A stretch of DNA of 64,000 nt from Arcobacter sp. (GTDB taxonomy: Bacteria; Campylobacterota; Campylobacteria; Campylobacterales; Arcobacteraceae), in the NCBI GenBank assembly GCA_020048055.1, contig JAIFNA010000002.1, positions 32,023-96,022 of the forward strand, read 5' to 3'. Shown here piece after piece: positions 30,028 through 39,874 of the stretch; within the stretch, counting starts at the first letter, position 1; every line of letters begins with the position of its first letter. Under the pieces are notes generated by a model. It searched no databases, was not told the origin of the DNA, and worked only from the letters and a program-made list of their open reading frames with translations. The position numbers and the translations under genes are program-made.

Positions 30028-30464
30028 ATTCCAACCTCATCACAAAGTGAATTGGTTGAATCACACAAAAAAGTTAAATTTTGGCTGTCATAAACAAACT
30101 CTAAATTAGTTGTTTCATCAAAATTAAACAGATAAACATTATTTGATTTTTTACTCCAAAACGGATATGAAGTTTCTACTTTGATTGGTGTTTGCAAAAT
30201 CTTAGAAAAAAGATAAATTCCGCCATCATCGAGTTCCAAAAGAGCTGGGTTACTATTCATCATCTCCACTTTATCGCTGTAAGATTTAATTCCATTTCTA
30301 ATAGCAGATATATCAGAAGCCAATCTTATAAAACTACTAGATTTTGTTGTTTGGAAAAACTTTGGAAGGGCAATTGTTGCTACTATTGAGATTATAAGAA
30401 TTGAAAAAATTATTTCAATCAATGAAAATCCGAGATGATTTCCTTTATTAGAGATTTTCATCAA
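30024..30464 (-). CDS. Prepilin-type N-terminal cleavage/methylation domain protein (pseudopilin, competence/T2SS-like)
   Basis: N-terminal GFSLIEIIFSILIISIVATIALP, the class III signal peptide pattern G/FxxxE followed by a hydrophobic helix. Overlaps priA by 4 nt. Confidence 0.65.
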   Translation of the reverse strand: MMKISNKGNHLGFSLIEIIFSILIISIVATIALPKFFQTTKSSSFIRLASDISAIRNGIKSYSDKVEMMNSNPALLELDDGGIYLFSKILQTPIKVETSYPFWSKKSNNVYLFNFDETTNLEFVYDSQNLTFLCDSTNSLCDEVGI

Positions 30465-30672
30465 ATTTTTTAGACAAAAGTTCCAAAGATTTTTCTAACT
30501 CAACTAATTCATGAGTTTTTTTAATATAAGCCATAAGAAGTTCTGATGTGTCAATATTTTTATCAAAATTTTGCTCTGGAATAAATTTCTTTAATCCGTT
30601 TATCATCTTATTATCACTATCTTCACCAATATTTACAGTATAAGCTTTATGGTTAATTAGAAATGTCATCAT
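30448..30672 (-). CDS. Small hypothetical protein, weak ZapA-like pattern
   Basis: 74 aa. FLINHKAYTVNIGEDSD...TSELLMAYIKKTHELVELEK loosely follows the ZapA pattern (IxIfGrxYxvxCxxxe...teqLvfiAALNisyEL). Overlaps both neighbours. Confidence 0.25.
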   Translation of the reverse strand: MMTFLINHKAYTVNIGEDSDNKMINGLKKFIPEQNFDKNIDTSELLMAYIKKTHELVELEKSLELLSKKFDENL

Positions 30673-30871
30673 CTACCTCTTGTTTAGTTCGTGAGATACA
30701 AAGCGCTTTGTCAATATTTAAAATCATATTTTCATTATTTCTTTTTAACATATCATGTTGGTTTTGTAATAACTCTAACTCTTCTATCAATTTATTTTTT
30801 TCATCATTTAATGATTGAATTTTATCTATTAAAGAGTCTAGTTGGAGGTTAAGTTTATCTACTATGTGCAT
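30653..30871 (-). CDS. Small all-coiled-coil protein (ZapB-like)
   Basis: 72 aa of continuous heptad repeats (LQLDSLIDKIQSLNDEKNKLIEELELLQNQHDMLKRNNENM). Confidence 0.3.
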   Translation of the reverse strand: MHIVDKLNLQLDSLIDKIQSLNDEKNKLIEELELLQNQHDMLKRNNENMILNIDKALCISRTKQEVDDDISN

Positions 30872-30927
30872 AACAAAGATTATACAAAAATAATTATTAT
30901 ACTAAACCACAAAGGAAATAAAAAAAC

Positions 30928-31452
30928 CTAAAACTTCTTTTCGATGCTAATTTTAGCACCATCAAATCTCTTTGTTTCTTTATCTATAAATACTTCTGGA
31001 TTGATTTTTAAATTTTCACTTTGTTCATTTGATTTACCACTTCTATCGATATCTTTTATGCTAAGTTCTATATCTTTAAAATCTATTTTTGGTATCACGC
31101 TTGTATATTTTCTCTCCTCTTCTGGGAGTTTTAAAAGTAAATTTGCACCATTTTTATCCTCAACACTTTTGCTAATATTGTCATTTTTAATTATTCTTTT
31201 TACATTATTTATCTGTTTAATAATTGTCGTATTTTTATCATTATTAATTTTTTGATTATTGGACTTTATAATAATTGCTTGTTGTTTGATAATTTCAGAT
31301 TGATTTTTAAGAGATATTTTTTGATTTTCTAATTCATTCATAATTACTTGATTATTTTGTTTTAGAATTTGATTCTCATCCCATAAAACAAAAATCCCCA
31401 CCAAAATAGTGGAGATAAAAATATATTTTGTAATGATAGTTAGATTTAACAT
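30928..31452 (-). CDS. Membrane-anchored coiled-coil protein
   Basis: One N-terminal TM helix followed by an N/Q/K-rich coiled coil. No recognisable catalytic motif. Confidence 0.3.
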   Translation of the reverse strand: MLNLTIITKYIFISTILVGIFVLWDENQILKQNNQVIMNELENQKISLKNQSEIIKQQAIIIKSNNQKINNDKNTTIIKQINNVKRIIKNDNISKSVEDKNGANLLLKLPEEERKYTSVIPKIDFKDIELSIKDIDRSGKSNEQSENLKINPEVFIDKETKRFDGAKISIEKKF

Positions 31453-31471
31453 CTAAACTATCACCTTTTGC

Positions 31472-32530
31472 TTATTTGCTATTTATTGCAGATTGAGTCG
31501 ATTTCCCTTTGGCATCAACCCAAATATTAGGTGTGCTTCCACCAGGTGTTAAGAAAATTTGAGCATTTGTATTTACCTTTAATGCTTCATTGAATTTTCC
31601 TTGTACTTCAATTTGTTTTAGTTGAATTAGTTGAGGAGATAAGCTTTTTGCAACCATGCTATTTGCTTGAGCGGTCGCAGTTGCTTCTATCATTTTTGCT
31701 TCAGCTTCCCCTTGTGCTACCGCTTTTGCTTTTTCAGCCTCTTGCTTTGCTCTTTCAACTTCATTTGTAACTCTTTGTGTCTCTTGTTTTGCAATTTGAA
31801 CTTTTTCAATTTGCTCTTTTATTTTATCAGGTAGAACAATCTCTCTTAATTGAACAGATAAAAGTTGAACTGGTTTTGACGGCAAACTATCTATATTTTT
31901 TCTAATTTGTTGCTCTATTTGGACAGCTATCTCATTTCTTTTTGTTGGTAGATCTTCAGCACTGTAATTTCCAACAACATTTCTTACAATATCTCTAACA
32001 ACTGGATTTACAATTTTCTCTTCCCAGCTAAGTCCCCACGTTGATATTGTTGATGGTGCACCATCTGGCATAAGTTTGTACTGAACAGTAAGCTCAATTG
32101 AAACAGGCAAACCTCGTGCATCAAGGACTGTAATTGCAGGGTTTACTAAAATTCCACTATCTTTTGCGTTGCCAAGTTCTTCAACTGATTTATAATTTAT
32201 AACCCTTACTTTTGTATCAACTATAAATATTTTTTGAATCACTGGTATAAAAAGATGAAATCCTGGATAAAGTGGGTCTTTTTCATATTTTCCTGTTGTT
32301 GAGATAATTCCAATCTCTCCAGAATTAATAATTACAAATGGTCTTGCAAAAAACATAATTGCAACAAATATAATCACACCATAAATTAGATTAGCATTTT
32401 TTCCAAACCCTTTGAATTCTGGCATTGAAAATGGTGGCTCATATCCGCCTCCATTTCCATTTCCATTTCCGCCGTTGTTATTGCTTGATTGTTTTTGTCT
32501 ATTTTTAAAATAGTCATTGTCGATTGGCAT
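31472..32530 (-). CDS. SPFH/band-7 (prohibitin/HflK-C-like) membrane protein with N-terminal Gly-Asn repeat
   Basis: N-terminal NNNGGNGNGNGGG, a TM helix, an SPFH core, then a coiled-coil Ala/Glu/Lys-rich segment (ERAKQEAEKAKAVAQGEAEAKMIEA). Confidence 0.7.
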   Translation of the reverse strand: MPIDNDYFKNRQKQSSNNNGGNGNGNGGGYEPPFSMPEFKGFGKNANLIYGVIIFVAIMFFARPFVIINSGEIGIISTTGKYEKDPLYPGFHLFIPVIQKIFIVDTKVRVINYKSVEELGNAKDSGILVNPAITVLDARGLPVSIELTVQYKLMPDGAPSTISTWGLSWEEKIVNPVVRDIVRNVVGNYSAEDLPTKRNEIAVQIEQQIRKNIDSLPSKPVQLLSVQLREIVLPDKIKEQIEKVQIAKQETQRVTNEVERAKQEAEKAKAVAQGEAEAKMIEATATAQANSMVAKSLSPQLIQLKQIEVQGKFNEALKVNTNAQIFLTPGGSTPNIWVDAKGKSTQSAINSK

Positions 32531-32600
32531 TTTGTCCCTTTTTTAATTTTTAATTTGTGATTTTAGTTTTTATCTCTTTAGATTGATTTAAAAGATAGTC

Positions 32601-33521
32601 CTAATTTACATAAGTTAAATGTTTGATATATTTAGGATTTCTCCCAGCTACTGCGTCGAAATATGCACTTTGAAGTTTTTCTGTAATTTCACCTCTGCTT
32701 CCACATCCAATAACTCTAGCATCAACTTCCCTAATTGGGGTAACTTCAGCAGCTGTTCCTGTAAAAAATGCCTCATCAGCAATATATACCTCATCTCTTG
32801 TAACTCTTCTTCTTACAACCTCAATCCCCATATCAAGTGCCAAATCAATAACTGTTGCTTGTGTTATTGACTCTAGTGAAGAGTCATTTGGTGGAGTGAT
32901 TAAAACACCATCTCTAACGATAAAAAAACAAGCTCCACTAGCTTCAGCAATATAGCCTTGATCGTCTCTTAAAAGTGCCTCATCATAACCAGCTTCAACA
33001 GCTTCATATTTTGCCATTTGAGAATTGAGATAATTACCAACAGCTTTTGCTTTACCCATACCTGATGTATTTGGTGTTCTTGTAAATGAACTAATTTTAA
33101 CTCTAACGCCTCTTTTTAGACCATCTTCACCAAGGTAAGCACCCCATTTCCAAGCACTTATACTTACATTTACTGGGCACTCTTTATGGTAAATTCCCAT
33201 GACACCATATCCTAAATAAACAAGTGGTCGAATATATGCTCCATCAAAAAGTTTATTTTTAGCTAACAATTCAACTTGAGCATCACACAATTGTTCCAAA
33301 TTAAATGGAACATCCATCAATGTCATTTTTGATGAATTTAAAAGTCTTTGAGTATGCTCTTTTAATTTAAATATAGCACATCTTCCATCTTCTGTTTTAT
33401 AAGCTTTTGTCCCTTCAATAGCACCATTTCCATAATGTAATGTGTGTGTTAAAACATGAACTTTTGCCTCATCCCATGGTGTAAACTCACCGTCCATCCA
33501 TATATAATCTGATTTATCCAC
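32601..33521 (-). CDS. ilvE: Branched-chain amino acid aminotransferase
   Basis: Class IV PLP aminotransferase, 306 aa (YGNGAIEGTKAY..., EAFFTGTAAEVTPI). Confidence 0.85.
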   Translation of the reverse strand: MDKSDYIWMDGEFTPWDEAKVHVLTHTLHYGNGAIEGTKAYKTEDGRCAIFKLKEHTQRLLNSSKMTLMDVPFNLEQLCDAQVELLAKNKLFDGAYIRPLVYLGYGVMGIYHKECPVNVSISAWKWGAYLGEDGLKRGVRVKISSFTRTPNTSGMGKAKAVGNYLNSQMAKYEAVEAGYDEALLRDDQGYIAEASGACFFIVRDGVLITPPNDSSLESITQATVIDLALDMGIEVVRRRVTRDEVYIADEAFFTGTAAEVTPIREVDARVIGCGSRGEITEKLQSAYFDAVAGRNPKYIKHLTYVN

Positions 33522-33612
33522 GCCTCATCTCCTTAAAATTTTATTTTTTATTTTTAAATTATCTATTTACAAATTAGCTTGGATTATACTCAAAGAAATA
33601 TTAAAAGAGATA

Positions 33613-34782
33613 CTAAGTGGCTAACACTCCACTTTTGATTAACTTTTCATACTCTTCCATACTTTGCCTAACTTTAAAAAGATATTTTTTTGTCTCATTT
33701 GAAGGCAAATCTTTTATAAGTTTTTTATAAATTTCATCATCACTCATCTTATTTATTTCAAAAAATGCATCTTTTATTTTACTAAAACCAAATGCACTAG
33801 CGACTCTAGTTGAGCCTCCATTATATGAAGCGATAGCACAATAAAGTTTACTTTTTTGATTTTTTATCCCTTTTAATTGCTTTGACATAAGCACATCAAG
33901 ATAACTACTTCCAATTAAAATATTGTTATTTGGATCAAATAAAAACTCTCCACTTAATAGTTTTTTCATCCCATAGATATTTTCATAAGCATCAACCCCA
34001 CCAGTTTGTGGGACGATTTGCATCAAACCAAATGCAGGAACATAGCTTTTAGCCAAAGGGTTAAAGCTACTCTCATTTTTAATAATTGCAAAAATAAGTT
34101 CGCTATTTAACTTAAATCTTTTTGCTACCAGCGAAACTTGACTAATATATAGTTTTTCTTTATTTAGAAGTCTATCTTTAGGGATATGTAACTCCATAGT
34201 GTAGATTAAATTTTCATTAAAATTAACCTCTTTTAACATAGGGGCAATAATTGTATTTTTTAGATTTTTCTGCTCATCTTTTGTCATCATATCACTTATA
34301 AGTTTTTCATTTGAAGATAATATATTTCTACCCTTGTCAAGCTTTTTTGATATTTTTTGCTCTAGCTTATCGTTTAAAAAACCTTTATTTACATCATATT
34401 CATAAAGCTCATCAAATAAATTTCCAATTTTTTGCTCACCCTCTTTACGATTTTTTGCTATTACACTTAGATAGATTTTCATTTTTTGATAATCAACAAC
34501 TTTTTTAGCTCCATAATTATTACTATACTCTACCCATTTTGTATTTGTAGAGAGTTCAGTTGTTGCCCATTTTTTACCAATCTCACTTTTATACTCACTT
34601 AAAGCCTCATCATAAACTTTTTTATAAGCCTTAAAATCAGCGTCTATATCTTTTTGATATTTTATAAATTGGTCATTATGAACTTTAAGATAATTTTCAA
34701 ACTCCGCACCAAATAAATTAGTTGAGATAATAAAAAATAGATAAAATAATTTCACACCTATTCCTCGATAATCCAGACACAA
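33613..34782 (-). CDS. Periplasmic lytic murein transglycosylase (GH23/SLT domain)
   Basis: Signal peptide and an SLT catalytic region (IKNESSFNPLAKSYVPAFGLMQIVPQTGG...AIASYNGG). Confidence 0.7.
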   Translation of the reverse strand: MCLDYRGIGVKLFYLFFIISTNLFGAEFENYLKVHNDQFIKYQKDIDADFKAYKKVYDEALSEYKSEIGKKWATTELSTNTKWVEYSNNYGAKKVVDYQKMKIYLSVIAKNRKEGEQKIGNLFDELYEYDVNKGFLNDKLEQKISKKLDKGRNILSSNEKLISDMMTKDEQKNLKNTIIAPMLKEVNFNENLIYTMELHIPKDRLLNKEKLYISQVSLVAKRFKLNSELIFAIIKNESSFNPLAKSYVPAFGLMQIVPQTGGVDAYENIYGMKKLLSGEFLFDPNNNILIGSSYLDVLMSKQLKGIKNQKSKLYCAIASYNGGSTRVASAFGFSKIKDAFFEINKMSDDEIYKKLIKDLPSNETKKYLFKVRQSMEEYEKLIKSGVLAT

Positions 34783-35222
34783 ATACCTCCATCATCTCTT
34801 TCAAAGTACTCTAAAACTTTTGTATTCACGTCTATATTTTGTGTTTCATGCAGTGAAGAACTTTGGTTTTTAGATGATATTTCTCCCCCATCATAAGTTT
34901 TTGTACTATATGAAATAGTTTGAACTTTTGTTGATTTTTGCATAGCAATCTCATCAATCGCTCTTTGAAGTGCTAATTTCTTTTGTGCAGTAACTCCATC
35001 AATGTGTCTTGATGCACAACCAGTCGAAGCTCTTTTGCCATTTGAGTCTTTTTGTGGATTCTCTAACCATGATGGTTCAGAATTACCCTTACTTAAACCA
35101 TTTTGTATTGTTTTTGAATTGGTGTTTTGTGGTAAATTTTTTGTTTTTCCACACCCATTTAAAAAAAATATCAAAGTGATTAAAAGTATTGTATTTATTG
35201 TGAGTTTTATTTTATTTTTCAT
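34758..35222 (-). CDS. LPP20-family lipoprotein
   Basis: Lipobox LNGCG, then PSWLENP...ASTGCASRH..G...KLALQRAIDEIA, as in Helicobacter Lpp20. Confidence 0.55.
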   Translation of the reverse strand: MKNKIKLTINTILLITLIFFLNGCGKTKNLPQNTNSKTIQNGLSKGNSEPSWLENPQKDSNGKRASTGCASRHIDGVTAQKKLALQRAIDEIAMQKSTKVQTISYSTKTYDGGEISSKNQSSSLHETQNIDVNTKVLEYFERDDGGICVWIIEE

Positions 35223-35261
35223 ATTTTGCCAGTTTTTATTGCTTTTTTAAGATGGTTTGGA

Positions 35262-35300
35262 TTTATAAAAATTTTAAAATGGGAAAAATCCCATCTTAAA
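35262..35300 (-). terminator. Rho-independent terminator after the second LPP20 lipoprotein gene
   Basis: On the minus strand, ATGGGA-ttttt-TCCCAT (35279..35294) followed by TTTAAAATTTTT. A flanking TAAGATGG/CCATCTTA repeat could extend the stem. Confidence 0.5.
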
Positions 35301-35308
35301 AGAGATAT

Positions 35309-35917
35309 TTATTTCCCTATTTTTGAAAGTTCAGCATCAAGTTCACCATTTGCTTGAGCCGCTAAAAATTTTTGATACATAGCAGCATCATTTTTGAATG
35401 ATGTTTTAACAGCATCTTCAACTTTCTCTTTCACTTGTGCATTTGCAACTGTTACTAAAAGATAAAGTTCTCCAGTTTTAGGACTTGTCCAACTATCAAT
35501 TGATTTACTTCCGACCAATGTTTCACTAGCTAATTGTTTTGATACTTTTGAACTAGCAGCGTCAAATGTAGCTGCATCACCACTTCCAGTTGTACCTTTG
35601 TAAGATTTGAAAAGATTTGATACTTTTGTACTAATTTGAGATGCTAAATCATCTCGACCATCAGCCATTGCTTCACTTCTTTGAAACGATTTATCATTTC
35701 CAGCATTTTTTTTAGCAATCCCAACTGCTGCAATTGCACCCTCAACATAAGGATCACAAGTCCATTTTGGAGCCAAAACACCATCTTGTTTACATCTAAA
35801 ATCTGCATCTTCTGCTTGTTTTTGTGTTTGTGGTTCTGGTTTTTTACTTCCACAGCCTGTAAAAATTGTAGCAATTACTGCTAAACTAAGTGCGCTTTTT
35901 AAAACTAAATTTTTCAT
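35309..35917 (-). CDS. LPP20-family lipoprotein
   Basis: Lipobox FTGCGS, APKWTCDPYVEGAIAAVGIAKK, and the C-terminal GELYLLVTVANAQ pattern. Confidence 0.55.
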   Translation of the reverse strand: MKNLVLKSALSLAVIATIFTGCGSKKPEPQTQKQAEDADFRCKQDGVLAPKWTCDPYVEGAIAAVGIAKKNAGNDKSFQRSEAMADGRDDLASQISTKVSNLFKSYKGTTGSGDAATFDAASSKVSKQLASETLVGSKSIDSWTSPKTGELYLLVTVANAQVKEKVEDAVKTSFKNDAAMYQKFLAAQANGELDAELSKIGK

Positions 35918-35975
35918 TTATTTCCTTTTTTTTAATTTTGACAATGGAGATTTTATCTAAATAAACTAAAAGGTT

Positions 35976-37352
35976 CTAAAAGAGCAATATTGAGCCTAAA
36001 AATAATATAAAAATCAAACTTCCATATTCAAAAAGTTTTAAAACTTTACGGTTAGATGAACCTTTTGTTTGTATCTTGATACTTAAATATGCTGTTAAAA
36101 AAATAACCAAACTCATACCCAAGCTCATAAATATTGCACTCAAAAATCCAACCAAATAAACACCCAAACTAATTGTAAATAAAAATACAGTCACAGTTCC
36201 AGCACAAGGAATAATCCCAGCACCAAGAACAACCCCAAGGTCTGTACTATTATTTGTACAACTATTGCAACCACAACTTGATTGTAAAACTTTAGATTCT
36301 GCGATTGGCTTATTTGCTGAAAAAACAATTTTTTCTTTATAGGTATATTTTTTATAGATAAGATAACTTGCCATAAAAATAATAATTGCCCCGCTCACTT
36401 TAGTAGCAATCATTTCAATATTATTAAAGAGACTTGAAAAAAGTAGATTTAAAATGAAATAGATTGAAAAAGTTAATATAAATGCACTTAGAGTATGGAC
36501 AACTCCTATCATAAAAGAGATTCCAAGTGCTTTTTTAACTGAGTGATTTTCGCTTAAAAAGTAAGCTCCAACCAAACTTTTACCATGACCTGGACCAATC
36601 GCATGGAGGACACCATAAACAAATGAAAAAAAGAAAAGCCATAAGTATGCAATTACTGAATTAGTATCTTTTATCTCTTTTATTAGTGATTCAAGTTTTG
36701 TTTTATAAAACTCCAATAATCCACTAAGTTCATCTAAAATAGTTTTCTCCCGAGCTTCAACTGTTTTAGTTTCAAGTTTTGTTTTAATATCATCTAAAGG
36801 GTCATAAAAAAATATCTCAGCTTTATTTTTACCAATTTTTTGTTTTTGTTTTTTTTGAAAATTTTCCAAAACTACATCTTTAATGATAAAGTTAAAATTA
36901 TTCCCCTCATCGTAAAAATTTAATATCAGTTTATGGTTATCTGTCGGTAATATTGGAAGGGAAAATCTATAATTAAAACCCATATTATTGTTTAAAAATA
37001 TGAAATTATATGTTGCATTTTTAATGTTTTGTAAAAGCTCTTTTGTAACTTTTGTATCTTTTTTTACAAGTGCTATCTGTGTAAGAAAATTGAGTTTTTC
37101 TACATACTCAACTAGACTCTTCTTAATCTCTGTTTGCTCATTTGGTTCAAACTTTTGATTATTATTTGTATCATATTGGACAAGTGAAGCGATAAACTTA
37201 CTATCAAAATCCCAATTTATATCAAATATCATCTTATCTTTTTGAAGTGTTATTTTACTTTTTATGTGGACATTTGGGATATCGATTTTACAAAGATTAC
37301 AACCAAAAAGTGTATAGGTCAAGATAAAAAATAGTGTAAAAATTCTAAACAT
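35976..37352 (-). CDS. Fusion of a periplasmic DUF1007-like domain and an RcnA/NicO-family nickel/cobalt-type transition-metal permease
   Basis: Signal/TM, then a soluble domain of about 200 aa. The C-terminal half has LHAIGPGHGKS (E. coli RcnA LHGLEPGHSKT) and GAGIIPCAGTVTVFLF (RcnA GGLIPCPAAITVLL). A Cys/Ser-rich loop SSCGCNSCTNNS replaces RcnA's His-rich loop. Confidence 0.55.
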   Translation of the reverse strand: MFRIFTLFFILTYTLFGCNLCKIDIPNVHIKSKITLQKDKMIFDINWDFDSKFIASLVQYDTNNNQKFEPNEQTEIKKSLVEYVEKLNFLTQIALVKKDTKVTKELLQNIKNATYNFIFLNNNMGFNYRFSLPILPTDNHKLILNFYDEGNNFNFIIKDVVLENFQKKQKQKIGKNKAEIFFYDPLDDIKTKLETKTVEAREKTILDELSGLLEFYKTKLESLIKEIKDTNSVIAYLWLFFFSFVYGVLHAIGPGHGKSLVGAYFLSENHSVKKALGISFMIGVVHTLSAFILTFSIYFILNLLFSSLFNNIEMIATKVSGAIIIFMASYLIYKKYTYKEKIVFSANKPIAESKVLQSSCGCNSCTNNSTDLGVVLGAGIIPCAGTVTVFLFTISLGVYLVGFLSAIFMSLGMSLVIFLTAYLSIKIQTKGSSNRKVLKLFEYGSLIFILFLGSILLF

Positions 37353-37355
37353 AAC

Positions 37356-38174
37356 TTATCTTTTTTTATCAAACAAAAGAAATATTATAAGCCCAAAAGC
37401 GCTCACCATAATAATAGTTGCTCCACTTGTAAGGTCGTAAATATAAGATATTACAAGCCCAAGAATAGTAAAAAATGTTGATAAAATTCCAGAAAGTATC
37501 ATCATCATACCAAGTGAGTTTGATAATTTTTCAGCTATATAAATTGGTATTGTAAGGAGTGCAATAACCAAAATAAGCCCCACTACCTTTATAGCAATAA
37601 CAATTGTAAGTGCTGATAAAACAAGAATTAATGTGTAGAAAAACTTAACATTCACACCCCTTAAATTTGCATATTCACTATCATAACTAACGGCTAAAAT
37701 TTGACGATAAAAAACGAATACCAAAGATGAAATCAAAACCAATAGCAAAGCCATATAATCTATATCTTGAGCAGATACCGCCAAAATTGAGCCAAATAGA
37801 TAACTCATCAAATCGACATTGTACCCTGGTGTAAGGTCAACTAAAATAATCCCAATCGCCATCCCAATAGACCAAATAAGTCCTATAAATACATCTATTT
37901 TATCCCTTTGATTAAGTGTTACAAACGCCATCAAAAGCGCCGCAGCACATGCAAAAAGTGAGGCCCCAAGAAAAATTGGCAATCCAAAATAAATAGCAAG
38001 CCCAATTCCACCATAAGAGGTATGTGCAATTCCACCTGCTAAAAAAACCATACGATTCACAACAATAAGTGAGCCAATAATTCCACTTGCAAAACTAACC
38101 AAAAGCCCAGCAATAAGGGCATTTTGTATAAATTCATAATTTAAAGCATCAATAATAGCTTCTAACATAGACAA
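37356..38174 (-). CDS. znuB: Metal (Zn/Mn-type) ABC transporter permease
   Basis: ABC-3 family permease, 272 aa, 8-9 TM helices, overlapping the ATPase gene. Confidence 0.75.
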   Translation of the reverse strand: MSMLEAIIDALNYEFIQNALIAGLLVSFASGIIGSLIVVNRMVFLAGGIAHTSYGGIGLAIYFGLPIFLGASLFACAAALLMAFVTLNQRDKIDVFIGLIWSIGMAIGIILVDLTPGYNVDLMSYLFGSILAVSAQDIDYMALLLVLISSLVFVFYRQILAVSYDSEYANLRGVNVKFFYTLILVLSALTIVIAIKVVGLILVIALLTIPIYIAEKLSNSLGMMMILSGILSTFFTILGLVISYIYDLTSGATIIMVSAFGLIIFLLFDKKR

Positions 38175-38947
38175 CCCTTATATTCACAAGTTTTATTTCC
38201 GAGCATCTGCAACATCTCAACTTCACAAAAATGTTCATTATCATTTTTGATATTTGTATTAAAATCAACATTATGAAATGTGAGAACTTTATTGATATGA
38301 GCTACTTTTGAGGCATATTTTAGTATCACAGAGATGTCATGACTTACAACAATCACTGTAATTGTTTTATTTAAAAGTTTTAGTAGTTCATAAATTTGTT
38401 TTTGCCCATCTACATCGATACTTGAAGTTGGCTCATCAAGGAGTAAAATTTTAGGATTAGCACATAATGCCCTTGCAATCATAACCCTTTGTCTTTGCCC
38501 ACCTGAGAGTGAGCCAATTTTTTTATTTGCAAACTTCTCCATTCCAACTTTGGCTAACGAACCCATCGCACACCCAAGTTCATTTGGTGAGTAGCCAATT
38601 TTAAATATTTTTTTCCACCATGGCAAGTCTTGATTTAAATTATGACTAACATGCCCCATCATAACAACATCGATAACTTTAATTGGGAAATTTGTATTTA
38701 TATTTGTATTTTGTGGGACATATCCAATGCTTGAAAGATTTTTTGATGGTGTATTGTCAAAAATTTTAATATCACCTCTTTGAATTTTATTGATACCTAA
38801 AATAAGTTTTAAAAGTGTAGATTTACCACCGCCGTTTGGTCCGATGATGGCTAAAAAATCTCTATCTTCTACACTTAAATTTATATTTTCTAACACTTGC
38901 TGTTTATCGTACGAAAACGACAAGTTTTCTATTTTTACTATTGACAT
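38162..38947 (-). CDS. znuC: Metal ABC transporter ATP-binding protein
   Basis: Walker A GPNGGGKST, signature LSGGQRQRV, Walker B LLLDEP. Confidence 0.8.
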   Translation of the reverse strand: MSIVKIENLSFSYDKQQVLENINLSVEDRDFLAIIGPNGGGKSTLLKLILGINKIQRGDIKIFDNTPSKNLSSIGYVPQNTNINTNFPIKVIDVVMMGHVSHNLNQDLPWWKKIFKIGYSPNELGCAMGSLAKVGMEKFANKKIGSLSGGQRQRVMIARALCANPKILLLDEPTSSIDVDGQKQIYELLKLLNKTITVIVVSHDISVILKYASKVAHINKVLTFHNVDFNTNIKNDNEHFCEVEMLQMLGNKTCEYKGCLC

Positions 38948-39007
38948 CTAACTACTTTATTGGAGAATTTATTAAAAACCGTATCTTATCCTCTTTTGTA
39001 TGATAAA

Positions 39008-39865
39008 TTATTTATTTCCTATTGCTTTTGCTAATGCAATCAAATTTTCACAAACCTTAGGATTCAATGCACTAATTTTAACAACAGGAACTCCAACCTC
39101 TTTTGCTATTTGTAAAGCTACTTTTTCACTAAATTCTGGAGCTGTAAATACCGCTTTTATCTTCTCCTCTTTAGCTTCATCTATAATATAAGCAATCTGT
39201 TTTGGAGTTGGATTTTTACCTTCAACTTCGATAGAAAATTGAGCCAATTTGTACTGTGAAGCAAAATATCCCCAAGCTGGATGGAACACCATAAATTTTG
39301 TACCCGCTTTTGTATTTTTCAAAGCATCTTTTATTTGTTTATCTGTGTCATTTAATTTTGCAATAAACTTCTCAAAATTTGCTTTATAAAATGGCGTATT
39401 TAAACTATCGCTAGCAACTAAAGCATCAAATACATTTTTTGCCATAATTTTCATATTTGTGATATTTGTCCAAATATGAGTATCAAGTTTTCCATGTTTA
39501 TGACTATCTTCTTTGTGTTCACCATGAGTGTGTTTCTCCATAGCTATTTTTGGTACGCCTTTACCTAAATCTACTGTTTTCATATTTTTATTTTGATTTT
39601 TAAATTTTGGAAGCCACGCCTCTTCAAATTCTGCTCCAACTGAAAAATATAATGAAGCTTCACTAATATCTTTCATTTGGGATGGTTTTGGCTCATAAGT
39701 ATGAGGTGAACTTCCTGGTGTAACCATCAATGCACTATTAACTTTATCACCACCAATAGCACTTACGATTGTTTGTGCTGGAACTATACTTACAACTACT
39801 TTTACATTTGCAAACAAAAAACTACTTGCCCCAATCAATCCACTTAAAATTATTTTTTTTAACAT
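39008..39865 (-). CDS. znuA: Periplasmic metal-binding protein of a Zn/Mn ABC transporter, with His-rich loop
   Basis: Signal peptide, cluster-9 SBP fold cues, and a His-rich insert (MEKHTHGEHKEDSHKHGKLDTH) typical of ZnuA. Confidence 0.75.
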   Translation of the reverse strand: MLKKIILSGLIGASSFLFANVKVVVSIVPAQTIVSAIGGDKVNSALMVTPGSSPHTYEPKPSQMKDISEASLYFSVGAEFEEAWLPKFKNQNKNMKTVDLGKGVPKIAMEKHTHGEHKEDSHKHGKLDTHIWTNITNMKIMAKNVFDALVASDSLNTPFYKANFEKFIAKLNDTDKQIKDALKNTKAGTKFMVFHPAWGYFASQYKLAQFSIEVEGKNPTPKQIAYIIDEAKEEKIKAVFTAPEFSEKVALQIAKEVGVPVVKISALNPKVCENLIALAKAIGNK

Positions 39866-39874
39866 TTTTATTCC

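Noticed and set aside
35223-35308. Long TAAGATGG...CCATCTTA inverted repeat as a possible mobile-element terminal repeat
   Set aside because: It is a single hairpin directly after a stop codon, followed by a T-run on the transcribed strand. That is fully explained as an intrinsic terminator.
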